From assembly GCA_040954595.2 (NCBI GenBank), contig CM082594.2:6333962-6397961 (forward strand): DNA of 64,000 nt, read 5' to 3'. The notes beneath the pieces were generated by a model. It worked only from the letters and a program-made list of their open reading frames with translations. It was not told the DNA's origin and did no database searches. Both the position numbers and the translations under genes were made by a program. Source of the DNA: Balanoglossus misakiensis (Eukaryota; Animalia; Hemichordata). Shown piece by piece: positions 13,911 to 27,702 of the stretch. Position 1 is the first letter of the stretch, and each line of letters starts with the position of its first letter.

Positions 13911-15885
13911 GATGGCCTAGTTTTTCCTGGGTTGCTAGGGTTGGATTGGTCGCTTGGTGAACCCTGTGTTGATTGGTTGACTGGCTGGATGGTTGAATGC
14001 TACGTGAAAAGGAAATTGTCATGATCGTTATCAACAGGGAGTTTGGGAGTTATTCTATCTCCACTGCTTCCAGGGAAAGTATGCTTAGGTTATTGTTGAG
14101 TCTAAATTATACAGCAGGGATTAAAAAATCCAATAAGACTCGAGACATGCATTTCACATGCAATGTACAATTGTCTTGAAATGTCAAGAAACCATTGCGC
14201 ACTAAAATATTCATGTTGACAAACAGAATCTGGGTTTAAAATTGTGTCTTCAGATGGATATGGGCGATTTTGTTATCTTTTGGCACTAATACTTTTGCGT
14301 TCTGTGGCACTGTGACGTGGTTTACGTCACTGTGACATCATCAACTGCTCTCCACTCATCTTCCTTAATCAACAAGTATTCGTACAATGACCGACAAAAT
14401 ATGAAAAGAAATGTGTTTGTTCCGTGCAACTAACAAATCTCCTGCGCAGTGCACACTACTAATAATGCGAACTACAGGAAAGGTAGAGATCACGAAACAG
14501 CTTTAGAGTTTCCGGAGAAAAAAATACACGCCCTGCAGTTTGCTTCGGTTAATGCAATTCGATTCCTGGGGTGTTCTTTATAAATGGCAATAGGAAATGT
14601 AAGCTGTTTTGAGATTGACGTTGCAGCATTCAGCCTTGGGTTAGGTGACTTCCTAGATCCAGAATGCACGCAATCTTTATTATTCCCGTGTTTTTCAGTC
14701 ATGTGTGTATTTTCATCTCATCCGCCACCAGTATTCGGTGCCGGTATATGTGGATGCATGACAGGTCCGTGACTGATGACAAGATCTAATTCTACTCTGT
14801 TCATGCGACATAGTTAAGTTGTTGACGTTATGTTGCAAGTGGTTAAAAGTGTTTACTTTCTATAGAGTACAATGCGAATCTGGAACTTGGTCATGTGAGG
14901 CTGATATCGAGTTTCAGAACAGTGTCTATAGGGATGGCATTTCATAACTTGCGTTGATGCACTTTTTAGCTTGTCCTCAAGTGAAATTCTGTAGTTTGCC
15001 TGCTCGCCAGATCCATGTGGCTAGGTTCATGTAGGTGATTGAGTGTGTGTCTTTCGCTTGGTTTGATTGTTTCTTGAGATACCGCGTCTCCTTCTGATGG
15101 TAAGTGCTCTGAGACAATTGGAAGATATTCACATGCTCTTCTTTGGGAATCACAGCCCAGGGTCCATGAAGTAAGCTCGATGTTAATTTCCTGTTAAAGT
15201 ACCGTATCAGCGAGACAAGGAAATGAGCGCAGACGAAGTACAACGCATGTGCACACCGGGGGTTTTCCATCTACAGGTCTGTCGTAATAATCCCGGGTTT
15301 ATATCACGAAAAAAGGCGAGGGGGGGATAATCCGCCCGGTGCTATCAGAAAAAAAATTTGAAAGATTCGTTTTCAGTGCGGGGCGTCTTGTAGTTTCCTC
15401 TTCCTCTTTGAAGTGGCTCTCTTACATGCTGTTCTCGTGGAAACCAAGTCCGAATTGCCAGAAGCAGTCAGTGACAGCGTGTGCACCATCAATTATCAAA
15501 GTTTGTTTCGCAGATCGCAGTTGGGGCGATGTGTCTCCGACGCCAGTAAGTGCTTTCTTCATCTGCACACGGCATGTCCAAGTAGCGTCTTCACATAGAG
15601 CGCACAGTCACTCAGCTGTGATAATTTTTCAAAAAATGTACGGTATATTTAGAAAACGACGAGTTTGTGGAAACCCATATTGTAACCGGTAGTTTAAATC
15701 TACACAATCTTCTTTCATATCCATTCAGTTTAGACGCGAGTTCATATATATAACAATTATTGAATGTATGTTACTTTTTATTTGTGTTGTTGACAACTTT
15801 CAACATTTGCTAAACATCATTTTGCTGAAACGAATCTTCAGACATATGTTGATAGCATTCGAGTGATAAAAAAAACAGCGTGCAT

Positions 15886-16463
15886 ATTGATTTTCAAAAG
15901 GCCTTTGAACCAGAGCTTCTAAACTAGAGCATGAAGGCTTCTCTGCTAGTGTACTTAAACATACTGGATTTGTGTACCCGCAGGAGTCAACAAGGAGTTG
16001 TTATTGATAATCATTGTTTTGACTGAGTTTTTGTTCAATATACCCTAGTGTACCCAGAGGGGTACACTTGGAATACTGTTAATTTACTTTATTGATTTGA
16101 CAAATGTCTGATTTGACACAAAGTCCCAGTAGTATGATGACGATGTCGACATTTTAAACCAGTTGTTTTTGGAATATATTGGATGGCCTCAAGCTACAAA
16201 CTGATTTTGGCAGAGGGCATCTTAGTGATGTAGTTGGAAGATAGGATGAAACAGGCAGAATCGTTTCATTGTGGCTGTTATCAATAAGAAAAACCTATAG
16301 ATTTTAATTATTGAGTGTCTGCAGACCTAAACTTCACCTGAGGCAACAAAGTCAAGTATACAGAATTTACAAAGGTGCGACGTTAACATAAGAAATATTA
16401 TATGTTTCCCTTGTTCCTAGCTCTGTCGAATATGCTTCCCTTGTTTAAACTCCTTGGCAGAAA
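15886..16463 (+). mobile_element. Decayed non-LTR retrotransposon (CR1/L2-group LINE ORF2, reverse transcriptase region)
   Basis: Collinear frameshifted motif remnants: IDFQKAF (cf. DFSKAFD, 15886), SQQ/VVID (cf. R.Q.V.I), SVPRG (cf. SGVPQG), YDDD (cf. YADD, ~16133), VEYASLV.TPWQ (cf. LEYAS.VW.P, ~16425-16460). Confidence 0.7.
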
Positions 16464-19400
16464 TTTATCGCTTTGTAAATAATTTACCATGTAATATAAT
16501 ACTGTTGAGTACTTCTGTGTGGTTATTGTAATTTGGCAATTTTAAACATACAGCCTAATTTATTTAGACATTTCACGTGGTACCCTTTTACAAAATTGCC
16601 AATGGTTACTCTCACATTCTCAATATTTTATGGATGGAATTATCTTTTATGTTCCGGGTAAACTTTACACAATTGTCCTATTTATAAACCTCCAGTTTGC
16701 TGTGTTAATGTTCGTACATTTTCTTCTTATAAAAGATGTATGGATACTTTGAACAACATGGTGAAGTATTTATGTTGAACTACAATTTAACTACAGTTGA
16801 TCTAACAGTGATTTGATAAGTTCAATATGGACATTCGTGCTACAATGTGAATAATATTTATTAAAAATAAATAAAAAAATAAAATTGGCCATTCAAAGTA
16901 AGGATAAATCTGTGAAACAAGGAAAAACTTGTGTTTAATTTGTGGTATGGAGAAAAGACTACTACATGGACAGGATGTTTAGAGTTATTGCAATTCAACT
17001 CTGATATATCTTTCACTGTCTGAATTATGAATTTTTTAATCGCCGTTTTAAACAGTGGTCAGCAAAATTCATATGAACAAAGCAAAAATGGATTCAAACA
17101 CTGTATAATGAAAGTCTTATCAAGCTGACCTGATTAACAGATAACTAGGTTTAGGGATAGATGGTACATCAGAGAAATCATGATTTCCCCCTCCCACGCA
17201 ATAAAGATATCTGAGAATGTTATCCCTGCAGAAATAACTACAGGTCCAGCTTAGGGGTGTCTTTAAAGGGAAGATGTGCACATTAATTAAGAGCAACCAA
17301 TAAAAAGCAAATACACCGTTTGTCTGGATTAACTGCTTGTTTGAATGCCCTCCCATATAAACCTGTCATGCGAGATTCTGCAGGGTCACGTATAGAACTT
17401 CAGAAAATGGTCTATTTGAAGCGCTGGCAGATTAGTACAGAAGAGCATTGCATTTAGTTCACAGTCAAAAGAGTGTGCTGCAGTTTAAGTAGAACTCGCT
17501 GACCCAAACGTGTCCAATTAGTCTCTTTTGAACACCGGAAAAGTGTTAAACGTCATCGGCGATCGATGACTTTTACTATTATAAGTCTGATAAATAGATA
17601 CTTGTTGACAGATTACTACTTCAGCCTCACGCGTCACGGCATAGTGCTTGTCATCACACGGTGTTTAAGAAACATTTCTGAAAAGCAGTTTTTATTGTAT
17701 TTCATTTTATACATAGTGGTTTATGTTGATTATTAATGTGTGTCTCTCTTCCTGATAATCCGACTCAGTGAAAAATATGCTGTCAATTTATTTGCTGAGA
17801 GTCTCAATAGACTTGATACTGCAGGGTTGACGTAAGCAATTCCCATGGTCTCCCTGATCGTTTGAAATGTTTGGTTTTCAAATATTGAAAATCTGACAGT
17901 AAATGGGATCTATAATCATGCGTGTGCATTCTTCGCAGGGGATCTGGGTAGCTACGAGCGACCATGCGTTCAGTTTGCTGATAACGCTATACAGAAAGAA
18001 TGAAAATGGCATTTAGATGTTACCTATGCATGTTTTATGTAATTTTACCCAATGGAAAAGACGATATCGATATCAAGAATTGTCACCATCAATTATCTTT
18101 GAAGTGCTTGTAGATGGAAAAAGTATTCACGTCACATGATCAGAAAACGAGTTCCTTCCTTCAAGGAATATCATGATCTCTTATTCAGCCTGATTTTTTC
18201 TTGCGTATCTGTGTTTCTAGAATGGTCCCTGCTCGGGGACAAAAAACAGTGATATCTCGAGGAGAGAGGATTTTCATGTTAAAAGCACTCAGATTCTCCC
18301 AAATACACGGCGGTAACCTGATTAAGCATGCCATTACGGACCCCCAAATCCCATTTTGGGATCAGTCCAAGCCTAAATTGATGTTTCAGTTATTAATAAG
18401 TCCAATGACGAGAATCGAATCTGACGCGTGTGCTGTGCCAGTGCTTGTTTCGCATATGTTTCAGGCCAGGCGCTTTCTTCTCAAGAGTCACCGCGGATGT
18501 AGGTTGCCCTAGTAACACCCAAGACTCACACGGCGAATCAAACACCGTTCGTTGAGAGATAACGAGTATTGCATGAGAATGTTAAATAATAACAAAATAT
18601 GTTACCGACTCCTCAGTCACATAAACAGCATATCCACGAGCTCCATCCCTCCTTCCCCCCTCTCCCTCCCAAAAAGGTAATGGTATTTCCATCATAACTT
18701 GCCCAGATGGTATTACACATTCGACAATTCAAAATATATACCTCATTGTAAGGAAGACACAGTTTTCGCGGAAATGACATGACACGGAATGTTTTTCATT
18801 TCATGCTCATTCGTTTGAAAGGGTTTCACGCACATTTCCTCATGAAAAGGCACAGGAACTGGTGAACGACAAACTTCAGCCATTCAATTCAGGATCATTT
18901 TGTACTTTCGAATGTCAAAGGTATATTCACTACATCTCTGCACAATGTTTTCCATTTTCACGTACAACTTTTCAAAGCCCATTTTTTGGTCTTTGTTGGG
19001 TTACCCTGGAGATATCAATGCCCCCACTATTTTTTTAATGTCACATCGGCGTGGTGACACACTTCTTGTAGTTCACGTTGACAGACAGATACCGGTAAAA
19101 GCAATCGATTCATTCAGAAAGTACTTGCTTTCCGTTCGGAAAATAAAATATCAGCGGATCAGAGGAACACGCCTCTGGGGATGCCTATCAGCTTCTGACA
19201 TCACATATCCTTAATTATAAAACTATCATGTGAAGAAGCGAGTGGACACACGTAATCATGTGTTTACACTGAGGCGTCATCCCTGCTGAGCAGCTAGGTC
19301 TTTCAGAACACAAGGGGGCGCACAAAACAAAGTAAACTGATGGAGACATGTTAGGCGGCGATGGTGTCTCAGAATTTTTCTCATGTTCTTGAAATCATTT

Positions 19401-20283
19401 ATTGCACCATACTAGTATATAAATCATTTATTGCACGATATAGAAAAAAAGCTGGGGTTTGGCTGTTGTATATGAATGTAAAGTAATATTTCTTGGTAGA
19501 TGCCGATGCGTTGGTTGGTATGGAACAATGGATTTTAAATATACTTGAACATCATATAGCACACGCCTTAGTCTCGACTCAAAGCCTTATATTGTAACAA
19601 CCATCGTTATTTTTGACAAATTAATTCTGGTCCGGACTTGGAATAAATTTCCAACAATAAAATGGTGACCATACATATGTATACTGTGTTGATTTACCAA
19701 ATACTAGGCATTTCATCAGGCTTCGGGGATTCGACCATGAAACTGCACAAAAATACTGAAAATATAAGTGAATGTTTAACAGCTATTATTGAATTTTGTT
19801 GCGTTGGACAGTTCAAAATATTTCAGTGACTAGAACAGGATAGTGACGCAACAAAATAATAAACAATAATATTAACAGTTAAAGCTGCCGTCTGCTTAAA
19901 TGACTGAGCAGAATAATCAATTAAGTCTCCAATAATACGGCATATAATTACATATAAACACCGAATATTATGTTTCATTATGTACCAGTAGATACACGTA
20001 CAGCTTACCACAGGCACAGACTCAGTGCCCCAGGCCAGAAAAAACAACAACTGTCAATGGGTAAGAGTTAATTACCAATATAGATATTAAAAGAACAGTG
20101 TTATATATCTACAAGTAAAGTTCCTCCTACAGATATCAATATGATAATAAAATATTTGACTTCTGAATGTCTCATAATTGAACGCGTGTTCAATTTAAAA
20201 GACCAGTTCAAATTTCTTGTTTTCCCCTTAACGTATACATATCTATTATCTTTAATACGTGATGACGTACGTAACAACATATT

Positions 20284-20983
20284 TCATGTATTCACGCTGT
20301 TATAAAGCCAGTGTAGGACGTAAGACATTTTGTCTGCGCCGATGTTGTTGCCGCGGTAACAAGGAGGTGTCGCAGAGGCATTCTTTCCGCACCCCTGGTC
20401 GCACTGTTGCCACTCGCAGAAATCACTGAATTTGTAACACTCGACGTTGGCGGCGTAGTCCTGGGGCACCTCGTCGTCTCGAGGAGAATACTGCCTGTTC
20501 AGTTCCACGTCCCAGTTGCTTTTGCCACTGCAGAGTCCGTATTCGCCTGCCAGGGGCGGGAAGATGCGACTATCTGTGCCCTGCTTGGGAGACATTTTGT
20601 CGTCGCTTCGCCTCCCTGCATTGAAGTAGATCAAATCCCGCGGCTGGTTGCGTTTGACGTGGAGTGTGCACTTGTTGCTCTGCAGTTCGGGTGGCGTCGG
20701 CGCTTTCTCTCGTCTCAGTTTGCTCACAATATGGCGGGAGGCCACACGTCTCCTGTTGCTGTGGAAACTGGACGCGCTGTTCTGGTAAGATAGCTTGGGC
20801 TTGGGCGAATTCGTCGCGTCTTCGTTCTTCCCGCAGAATTCTATCGACGTCGACGTTGTGGTCCGCATTCTGGATGACGGTTTTGGCGTCGTGCGAGCGC
20901 CACCATAGTCCACCACTAAGTCTTTCAACACGTCCTTGTCCAGCGTAACGTTAAGGTTGTCTTCGTCGGTTTCCATGGCGACC
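20284..20983 (-). CDS. Terminal coding exon of an uncharacterised protein
   Basis: 700-nt open, GC- and CpG-rich segment sharply bounded by AT-rich flanks; acceptor tattctcacag| at 20984; ATG at 20976 in a strong Kozak context (gccATGG); TGA at 20286-20284. No family recognised. Confidence 0.65.
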
Positions 20984-21842
20984 CTGTGAGAATATATAAA
21001 TGCAAATTGTAATTTCAAAACTCATTCTCTTAATGATTTTAAGAGTGAACATGGATGATATTCCAAATCTTTTATTAAAATTTTATTCCTATTCGTATTA
21101 AATATTTATGAGTTTGTGTGTAACATTAGAATAGGTTTTTTTTGACAAGCATGTAATATTAAATATTTACAGCTTGGAGACTGTTGTAGGGAAGGGAGGT
21201 GTTTTTGACAACTTGGCAGCTATTACTAAACAAAACCCATGTAAATGTAACATTGGTCTTTGTGAATATAGGAGAATGGAGACACAAAATTCATAGAACC
21301 AGTGGAACTTTATAATATATAAATACAATACAGTCGTCTCTTTCACAGGAAATTACCTCATCACAGTGCTAGAACACATCTAGTCCAATGAAAACCCCGA
21401 GATTACGACAAATTCGATTCATGAACATCCACGTCGTTTCAAAACGGCTGAACTTACACGTTTTGATCAGTCTTAATTTGTTTCAAAACGTAAATTGCTT
21501 GAGTTTCAATCGTGATCACGTCTCTGCGTCAACTAGCCCAATTTCCATCTATAATGTCTGCAAATATTCCCAATGCGATGGCAAACATGACACTATTCTT
21601 GACAGCATGTTTCCTGGGGACTATGTACTTCGCGTGTTTATGATTTAAACTGAAATCGTCACTTTCTTAGGGAGTAATTTGAAAAGTAACTGTGTTTTTT
21701 CTGTCGTTTTCTCTTTTGTCCGTGTAATTACAGGGAGACATTGAGAAAGCTTGGAATCAGACCCTGGCACAGACTTGCAGAGATTCAGAGATGGACAGAC
21801 TGACGGAGACAGAAAATGAAAACGCGAAAAAGAAAGAGTAAT

Positions 21843-21844
<2 letters not shown>

Positions 21845-21874
<30 letters not shown>

Positions 21875-21888
21875 TGTATGTATGTATG

Positions 21889-21920
<32 letters not shown>

Positions 21921-22125
21921 CTATGTATGTATGTATGTATGTATGTATGTATGTATGTATGTATGTATGTATGTATGTATGTATGTATGTATGTTATGGA
22001 TGGAAGGGTGTATGAATGAATGAATGAATGAATGAATGAATGAATGAATGAATGAGAGATTGTGTGTGTGAGTGAGTGAGTGAGTGAGTGGATGGATAGA
22101 TGGATGGATGGGCAAATGAATGAAT
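21845..22125. repeat. Compound microsatellite (TATG)n-(TGAA)n-(GAGT)n-(GATG)n
   Basis: Directly visible: TATG array 21845-21993 with one interruption, TGAA 22013-22054, then GAGT and GATG units. Confidence 0.97.
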
Positions 22126-22667
22126 GCTTCATCAGAGCGACTGTACTGCACAGCAAGATAGAATGACGACAAACACAGCTGGTGTGCACACAAGCGTGTT
22201 GCAAGAGCAAATAATTGAACTGTAAATAGAACATACAGTGTTTGGGAAATCGATACCACTGAGTGACTAAAACAGATGATCGACGATCAATCTCTTCTTT
22301 TTTCTGTTACATAAGGACAGCGTCAAGCACTACTTCACATTTGCCTGCTTGCCTATAAAAGTCATGACTTATCAGATCATTTGATTTGAGCAGGTCATTG
22401 TCTCGTTGTGTTCCATAGTGGCCGATCATTCCAGTTCTAAAGCGTCAAAGAAATCAAAGATTAATGGGAAAATGATATTCATTTTCGCTATTCTGAATTT
22501 GATAGTGGAGCTCTGAAAAAAGCTTCGCGTATATGAATCTTGGGAACTGTGACGTGAAATCGAAAGAGGAAGCTCTCACTACCCACTGAACGGAAAGCAA
22601 GTAGAATCTACAGTGTTAATGGCCCTTTGGGGGGGGGGGGGAATCTGAAATCGGAGAACGTACTTAC

Positions 22668-22819
22668 TGTGGGAGGGTAAGTCGAAAAGTAGCACAACCA
22701 CCCAGGTAAAATCTGATCTGGACCCGGCGCAAAATTGTGGCTCCTCTTTGCGTTGATGTCGACTGCAAAGTGGTCAACACTCGAATTGGAAGAGGTGTGT
22801 GAACGTGTGACACGTCCAT
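22668..22819 (-). CDS. Candidate upstream coding exon of the 20284-20983 gene
   Basis: ATG at 22819 opens MDVSHVHTPLPIRVLTTLQSTSTQRGATILRRVQIRFYLGGCATFRLTLP, ending at CA|GTAAGT in phase 2, which matches the phase-2 acceptor at 20983 (joined product 283 aa). Confidence 0.45.
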
Positions 22820-23385
22820 GCACCACGCGTCCTCCGGGAAACCCTTGACGCGCCCTTGTTGTCATGGAATCGGCCAATTAAGGCTAATAGCTCTGCGGGT
22901 TTTTTTTTCATTACACAAAGCGCCTGCGTGACATTGAAAATGGTGTCAAAAGAAATGCGTTTCTGAACTCGGTTTTCCCCTTTTAATGATTTCTCATTGT
23001 TTTATTATTAGTGATAATTATATCAATTAACCAGCAGAGTTTATTAATTTTTAGAGATCAAACGACCAAACTCTCTCTCCCATCTCCCTCTCTGTATTTT
23101 GGATAATTTCACACAAAACCAATTCGCAAGAAATCAGCCGTATGTGTTGCCGTTGGGAGGAAGTCAAAGCTGTACAAAAAAATAACAAAATACAGCGGAT
23201 GTGACTGTGTGTAGGCTCTACTGAGACTTATGACTCATTTTATCCGCATGTAGTTACCGAAAATACTTCTAATTATAAAGTTCTTTCGAAGCAGCTGTAT
23301 AGTCCTAGCATGCCTTCATTTCCGGACTGTAGAAAATTTTAAAGGGGAGGTTCGGCTGAATTGCACATGTGCAAATTTTCGTGTT

Positions 23386-23437
23386 TACAAACACCATCGA
23401 CATTGTTCCCATACAAACACCATCGACATTGTTCCCA
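23386..23437. repeat. 26-bp perfect tandem duplication
   Basis: tacaaacaccatcgacattgttccca twice in tandem. Confidence 0.9.
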
Positions 23438-24681
23438 CTGTTCTTGGAGATGCTGCCAACAAACACATGTTATATCAAAGTAAGTTGGACATGTGATAAC
23501 ACGAAACGTATCTCTTCCCACCTGTTTTTCCATGTGTTTTTTATTTGTGAACTTCGCGTTCGTGTTTGTTTGCCTCCCTTAGGATTGCCGAGTGTTAGAT
23601 TTAGAAAACACTAAAACTGTAATAAAGTCGTGAGTTTACGTACAAGTGCCTTATAGTACACAGAGGAAATACAGAACTATTTTTGTCTGAAATGTGCATC
23701 ATATGTAGTTTGGTTTTATCAGACGCAGAAGTTGTTTTCTTCCTTTAATTTCTCTCACATGGTTTTCGAGGACGGTTTTGTAGCCTTTCAAATGTAAGAG
23801 AGACGGCAAATTAAACGAAAACAAGGCCCCCATTAGCAGAAATAGAACAAAAAACAACATGGCCTCTAAAATTGTGGGGAAAACTCAAATTCCGTAAACG
23901 TAGCAACAGGTATGGGGTATGTTGCTTCCGGATCGCTTCAATAATATGTGTACATTTTATTAAAAAAGAAACATTTGTCTTCTGTTAATAGATGTGGAGA
24001 GAGAAATTGTACCTCAAATCGGTAGAATGATATGGAATCTACATCAACGAATATGGCAACTTCTTATTGTTTCGGCCTACATGTTATAATGTAGGCATTA
24101 TTTTTGTATAGCTTGATTGACAATCTTGGGTCCAAAGAAAATTACAGTTCTTTGATGTGCATGTAGAACAAATATTTTGCCGTGTTGTAATACAACGGCA
24201 GTGCAGTGCCATGGTATAGTGAACAGGACATATGCCCCTTGCGTGATCATTACTAAGTTCAGGAATACGTAGAAGAACAGAATAAGTAGAAAAACGGAAG
24301 AGTGCGACTGGTCAAAGTTGATTGTTTATAAGTCGTTAGCCTCCGTGTTTCAGTGCGCAATCAAATGCATTGAAATGGTGAATAGCTGAGCGCAGTTTCC
24401 CTTTCCGAGTTCCATGCCCAATTACATTTTCGCTGAACAAATATTGCTTGTAATTTTACACTCCAAAAGGGAAGATGATAGCTTCTATTTATAGTAATAA
24501 AATCACTACATTTAAATTCTGGCGATGGAAAAGGTGTTCTTGTGAATAGAATGCTTTTTGCAGTTGTTTCAAACAACTGTAGGCTTCCACCGATTCGCGA
24601 GAAGAATATTGTGCAGCAGCGTATCAAGGCTAGAGAATAACAGAATGGGTTTGGGAGGAAAAATATAAATGGCAATATTAC

Positions 24682-24860
24682 CTTGATTTATTCTCCGCCG
24701 TGCGATCAACGATTTTGGTGTCGACGCCAGAAGCAGTTAATTCACAGCTGACGGAATAAACGAACAGAAAAGGTGGCCGATAGCTGCGACGTTGCCAACC
24801 ACAAACGAGCGAGAAAAAGAGAGAGAGAGAAAAACACCTCGTGACAACTAATGATTGTTA
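24682..24860 (-). other. Candidate non-coding 5' exon of the 20284-20983 gene (5' boundary uncertain)
   Basis: CpG-rich island ending in donor AAG|GTAATA at 24682; no ATG in the frame that would join the downstream exon; X-box upstream at 25099-25112. Confidence 0.35.
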
Positions 24861-26226
24861 ATGAGCCTGGTCTGCAGGAAGCCGCGAAGACCACATGAAT
24901 CGAAGCAACAGGTTTCTGCCTTTTCGGACGTCGGAGAAATATCAGAATCGAGCTTTTCATTTAATGAGCTCAATCTGAATAGAGGCCGACTGAAACACTT
25001 ATCCATCAAACGTTGGACCCAGTCACACACACTTGTTTCGACGTTGTTTCAGAAAAAAAAATACTCCATTGACAGGCCCCTTGACTGCGAATTTATTCGT
25101 TGCCAAGGAAACAATTAAGCTGTAAATTTCTTGCAGTCGTCCCGTAAATTAACACGGTAAATATCAGTGATATATTGATTGTATGTCAGGTCAGAATTCG
25201 ATCCTCTTAATGGCACTAAACTAAATTTTGTCATTTCCTTTTCTTCCCAAAACAAATAGAGACCAGTGAGTGGCTGGAAGGCGATTATATCAAATTAAGT
25301 CGTCAGGCGGTTGCAATGAGAGAAGAAAAGACGGGAAACTGCATAGAGGCTGATTTATTAAATTTAACAAAAGAACCGACCTGGTTTAGTCTATATATTA
25401 CGCCGCCACGTGGGTCAATGTGACAGCGCCTCCTAGCGGTAAGTGAAGACGTATTTTCTTGTGAATTTCGTTGACTGCATCATTTATCAAACACACTGAC
25501 TACCTGTTATTTATTGTTGTTAAACTCATTTCGTTAGTTTTTACTACGTGGGAACAGGGTAATTTAACTTAATTTTTGAGCTCACCACGGAACCGCTCGG
25601 CCCATAGTGCAACAGTGCCTCCTCGTGCGGTACGGACACAGCCTTAAGGAGTGGACGTATTTTCTGATGATAACTAGCAGATTTCAAAAGGTTATGGTAT
25701 TTGGATAACTGGATAAATGTTTCGGTGAAAAATTAGGTGACATGACGTGAATATTATTTCTTTCGGTGTCAACTAAATAGGCCGGTCATACAACTGTTGT
25801 TATCAGTGTTGTTGTAATATTTGAAGAACCAGATGCACTTGTTGTGTATATTATTATTATATGGTTGTCGTTTCAAATACAAAATATTTAATAGGCTCCC
25901 TTTGCTCTATGGGCATGCAGGGGAGTGGCCAGCGAAAGTCAGAGACGATGATATGCACATGCTCTGCTGCCGCATGCCGCATGCTCTCCTGTCCTGAATG
26001 TGTGACTGCCCTCTGGCGGCTTAAGTGAGAGAACACTACTATTCTAAAAGAAACAGAGCCCTCTACAGTCATCAAGTTATTCTTCCAGCCACATCCAGCT
26101 AAATTTCAATGATGGAACGTACTTCTATTCTTCCAGTTCCATAGCAGCTTCCATGGTGTTGTCTTTCACCCAAATCATTATTTTGACACAAAAGAATTAC
26201 ACAACATATACTATTTTTGATGTAGA

Positions 26227-26232
26227 TTTATT
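26227..26232 (-). promoter_or_regulatory. Candidate MOCOS polyadenylation signal
   Basis: AATAAA on the minus strand about 1.35 kb after the stop, followed by a GT/T-rich downstream element (tatgttgtgtaattcttttgtgt). Confidence 0.5.
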
Positions 26233-27582
26233 TCTTGACCCATCCACTGTAAACAATATAAATGTACTCCCTTAAATCACAGTAAAGATTTCCATTGTAA
26301 ATATCATTCAGAAAAGTCTTTCTCAGAAAAATAATCATTTTAAATACCATACAGACTGCATCACTATCACCAAGCTTTAATTACTTGCCTTCTAAACAAT
26401 TTCATTGAAATTAATGTGAATTAAATGCTGAACTGAGTTATAAATTTCAGAAAAAAATGTGAGGGAAAGAAATACGTAATGTGAAATTTTGCATAGTTCA
26501 GAAAATTGCTCACAAAATGAAAAGCATTTATTGGTAGATGCAATTAAATGTCTGTTATATAATATGACAGGAGAGAGAGGTGTGATATGTACAATATTCC
26601 GCAAGAAAGAAAGCTTACATAACGTGACAAGAGAAAAAAAAGTGTTCAGTTATTTTCGTTATACAGTGTACAGTCTAAAGAATATATTGCACAGATTTTT
26701 TTGCCACTTGGTGGCATTGTATCAAAACAGCCAAAAAAAGCGACAAACGAAAAATGCTTTTATCTCTGGTGCCCAGTCTCCATGGAAACCCTATCAAGAT
26801 AGTGACGCAGTCTTGCACTGAGCTTCCACGAAATTTATAAACTGATGTGTGTGAATGGTCTGCTGATCTGTACGCGTCAGATAAGATGAACCGTTTGATC
26901 ATATTTTGGAAATTGAACATGCCACTCAAAGCACAGATGTTTCTGAGCTATCTGCGATTTTCAAAGAAAAGAACCAGACTTTCAATGTAAATTCACCTTA
27001 AAAAAGCCTGCTGTCAAAAGGAAGTGTCGGTGATGATGAAAAAAACCTTCAAAAGATGGAAAATTGATTATTTTTTAGATTTTTATCCATCAAGGTAACT
27101 GAATGATGAACGTGGCGGTCTCTTTTCTCTTTGGCTAAGACAAATCTCCGCATTGTCACTAAACTTGCTCAAAGGCCGAAAAATATCACAACGAAAACCA
27201 CTGAATGCTGTTTGAAATTCCAAACAGGCACTATCCTTTATCATTCAGCTCCATTCTAAAATGCATACACCACGACAGTTCTTTTATGCTTGCATACTGA
27301 TAGCAATCACAAAATGTTGAATAACTTGATTATAAGATATAAACAATAGTCGGCATGCTTCTGAAAGTTTCTGCATATAGATTATTAGTACTGACATCAA
27401 AAATATGAAAATACCGAGCGACATAATCTGGTTTTTCCACTCTTGAAATATGGAATATATTCAATATTCTTATTCACCCGTAATGCTCATACCAAATCTC
27501 TAATAAATTTTTGATAATCAATTGATTCCCTGATTGTTGCATTTCCTTTGATGTGCACCAAGATGACTGCTGGGAAGGCTGG

Positions 27583-27702
27583 CTATTTCGCTTCCTTTCC
27601 ACCCTCAGTACTGGACTTCTCTGGAATTATGCGATCGCCTACCCTCAGCCAGGACATGCCGGAATCATCCTGATTGTGGAATAAATGAATTCCCAGTGGC
27701 AC
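27583..27702 (-). CDS. MOCOS: MOCOS exon 13 (terminal)
   Basis: VPLGIHLFH...WLRVGDRIIPE...EAK-stop (TAG); aatttcag| acceptor. Confidence 0.9.
   Translation of the reverse strand: MPLGIHLFHNQDDSGMSWLRVGDRIIPEKSSTEGGKEAK

Noticed and set aside
15430-15510. Minus-strand LIIDGAHAVTD resembling a RecQ DEAH motif
   Set aside because: Catalytic Glu absent, no other helicase motifs, stop shortly after.
21816-22259. ORFs with YVCM / YIHT / HSFI repeats
   Set aside because: Translations of tetranucleotide microsatellites.
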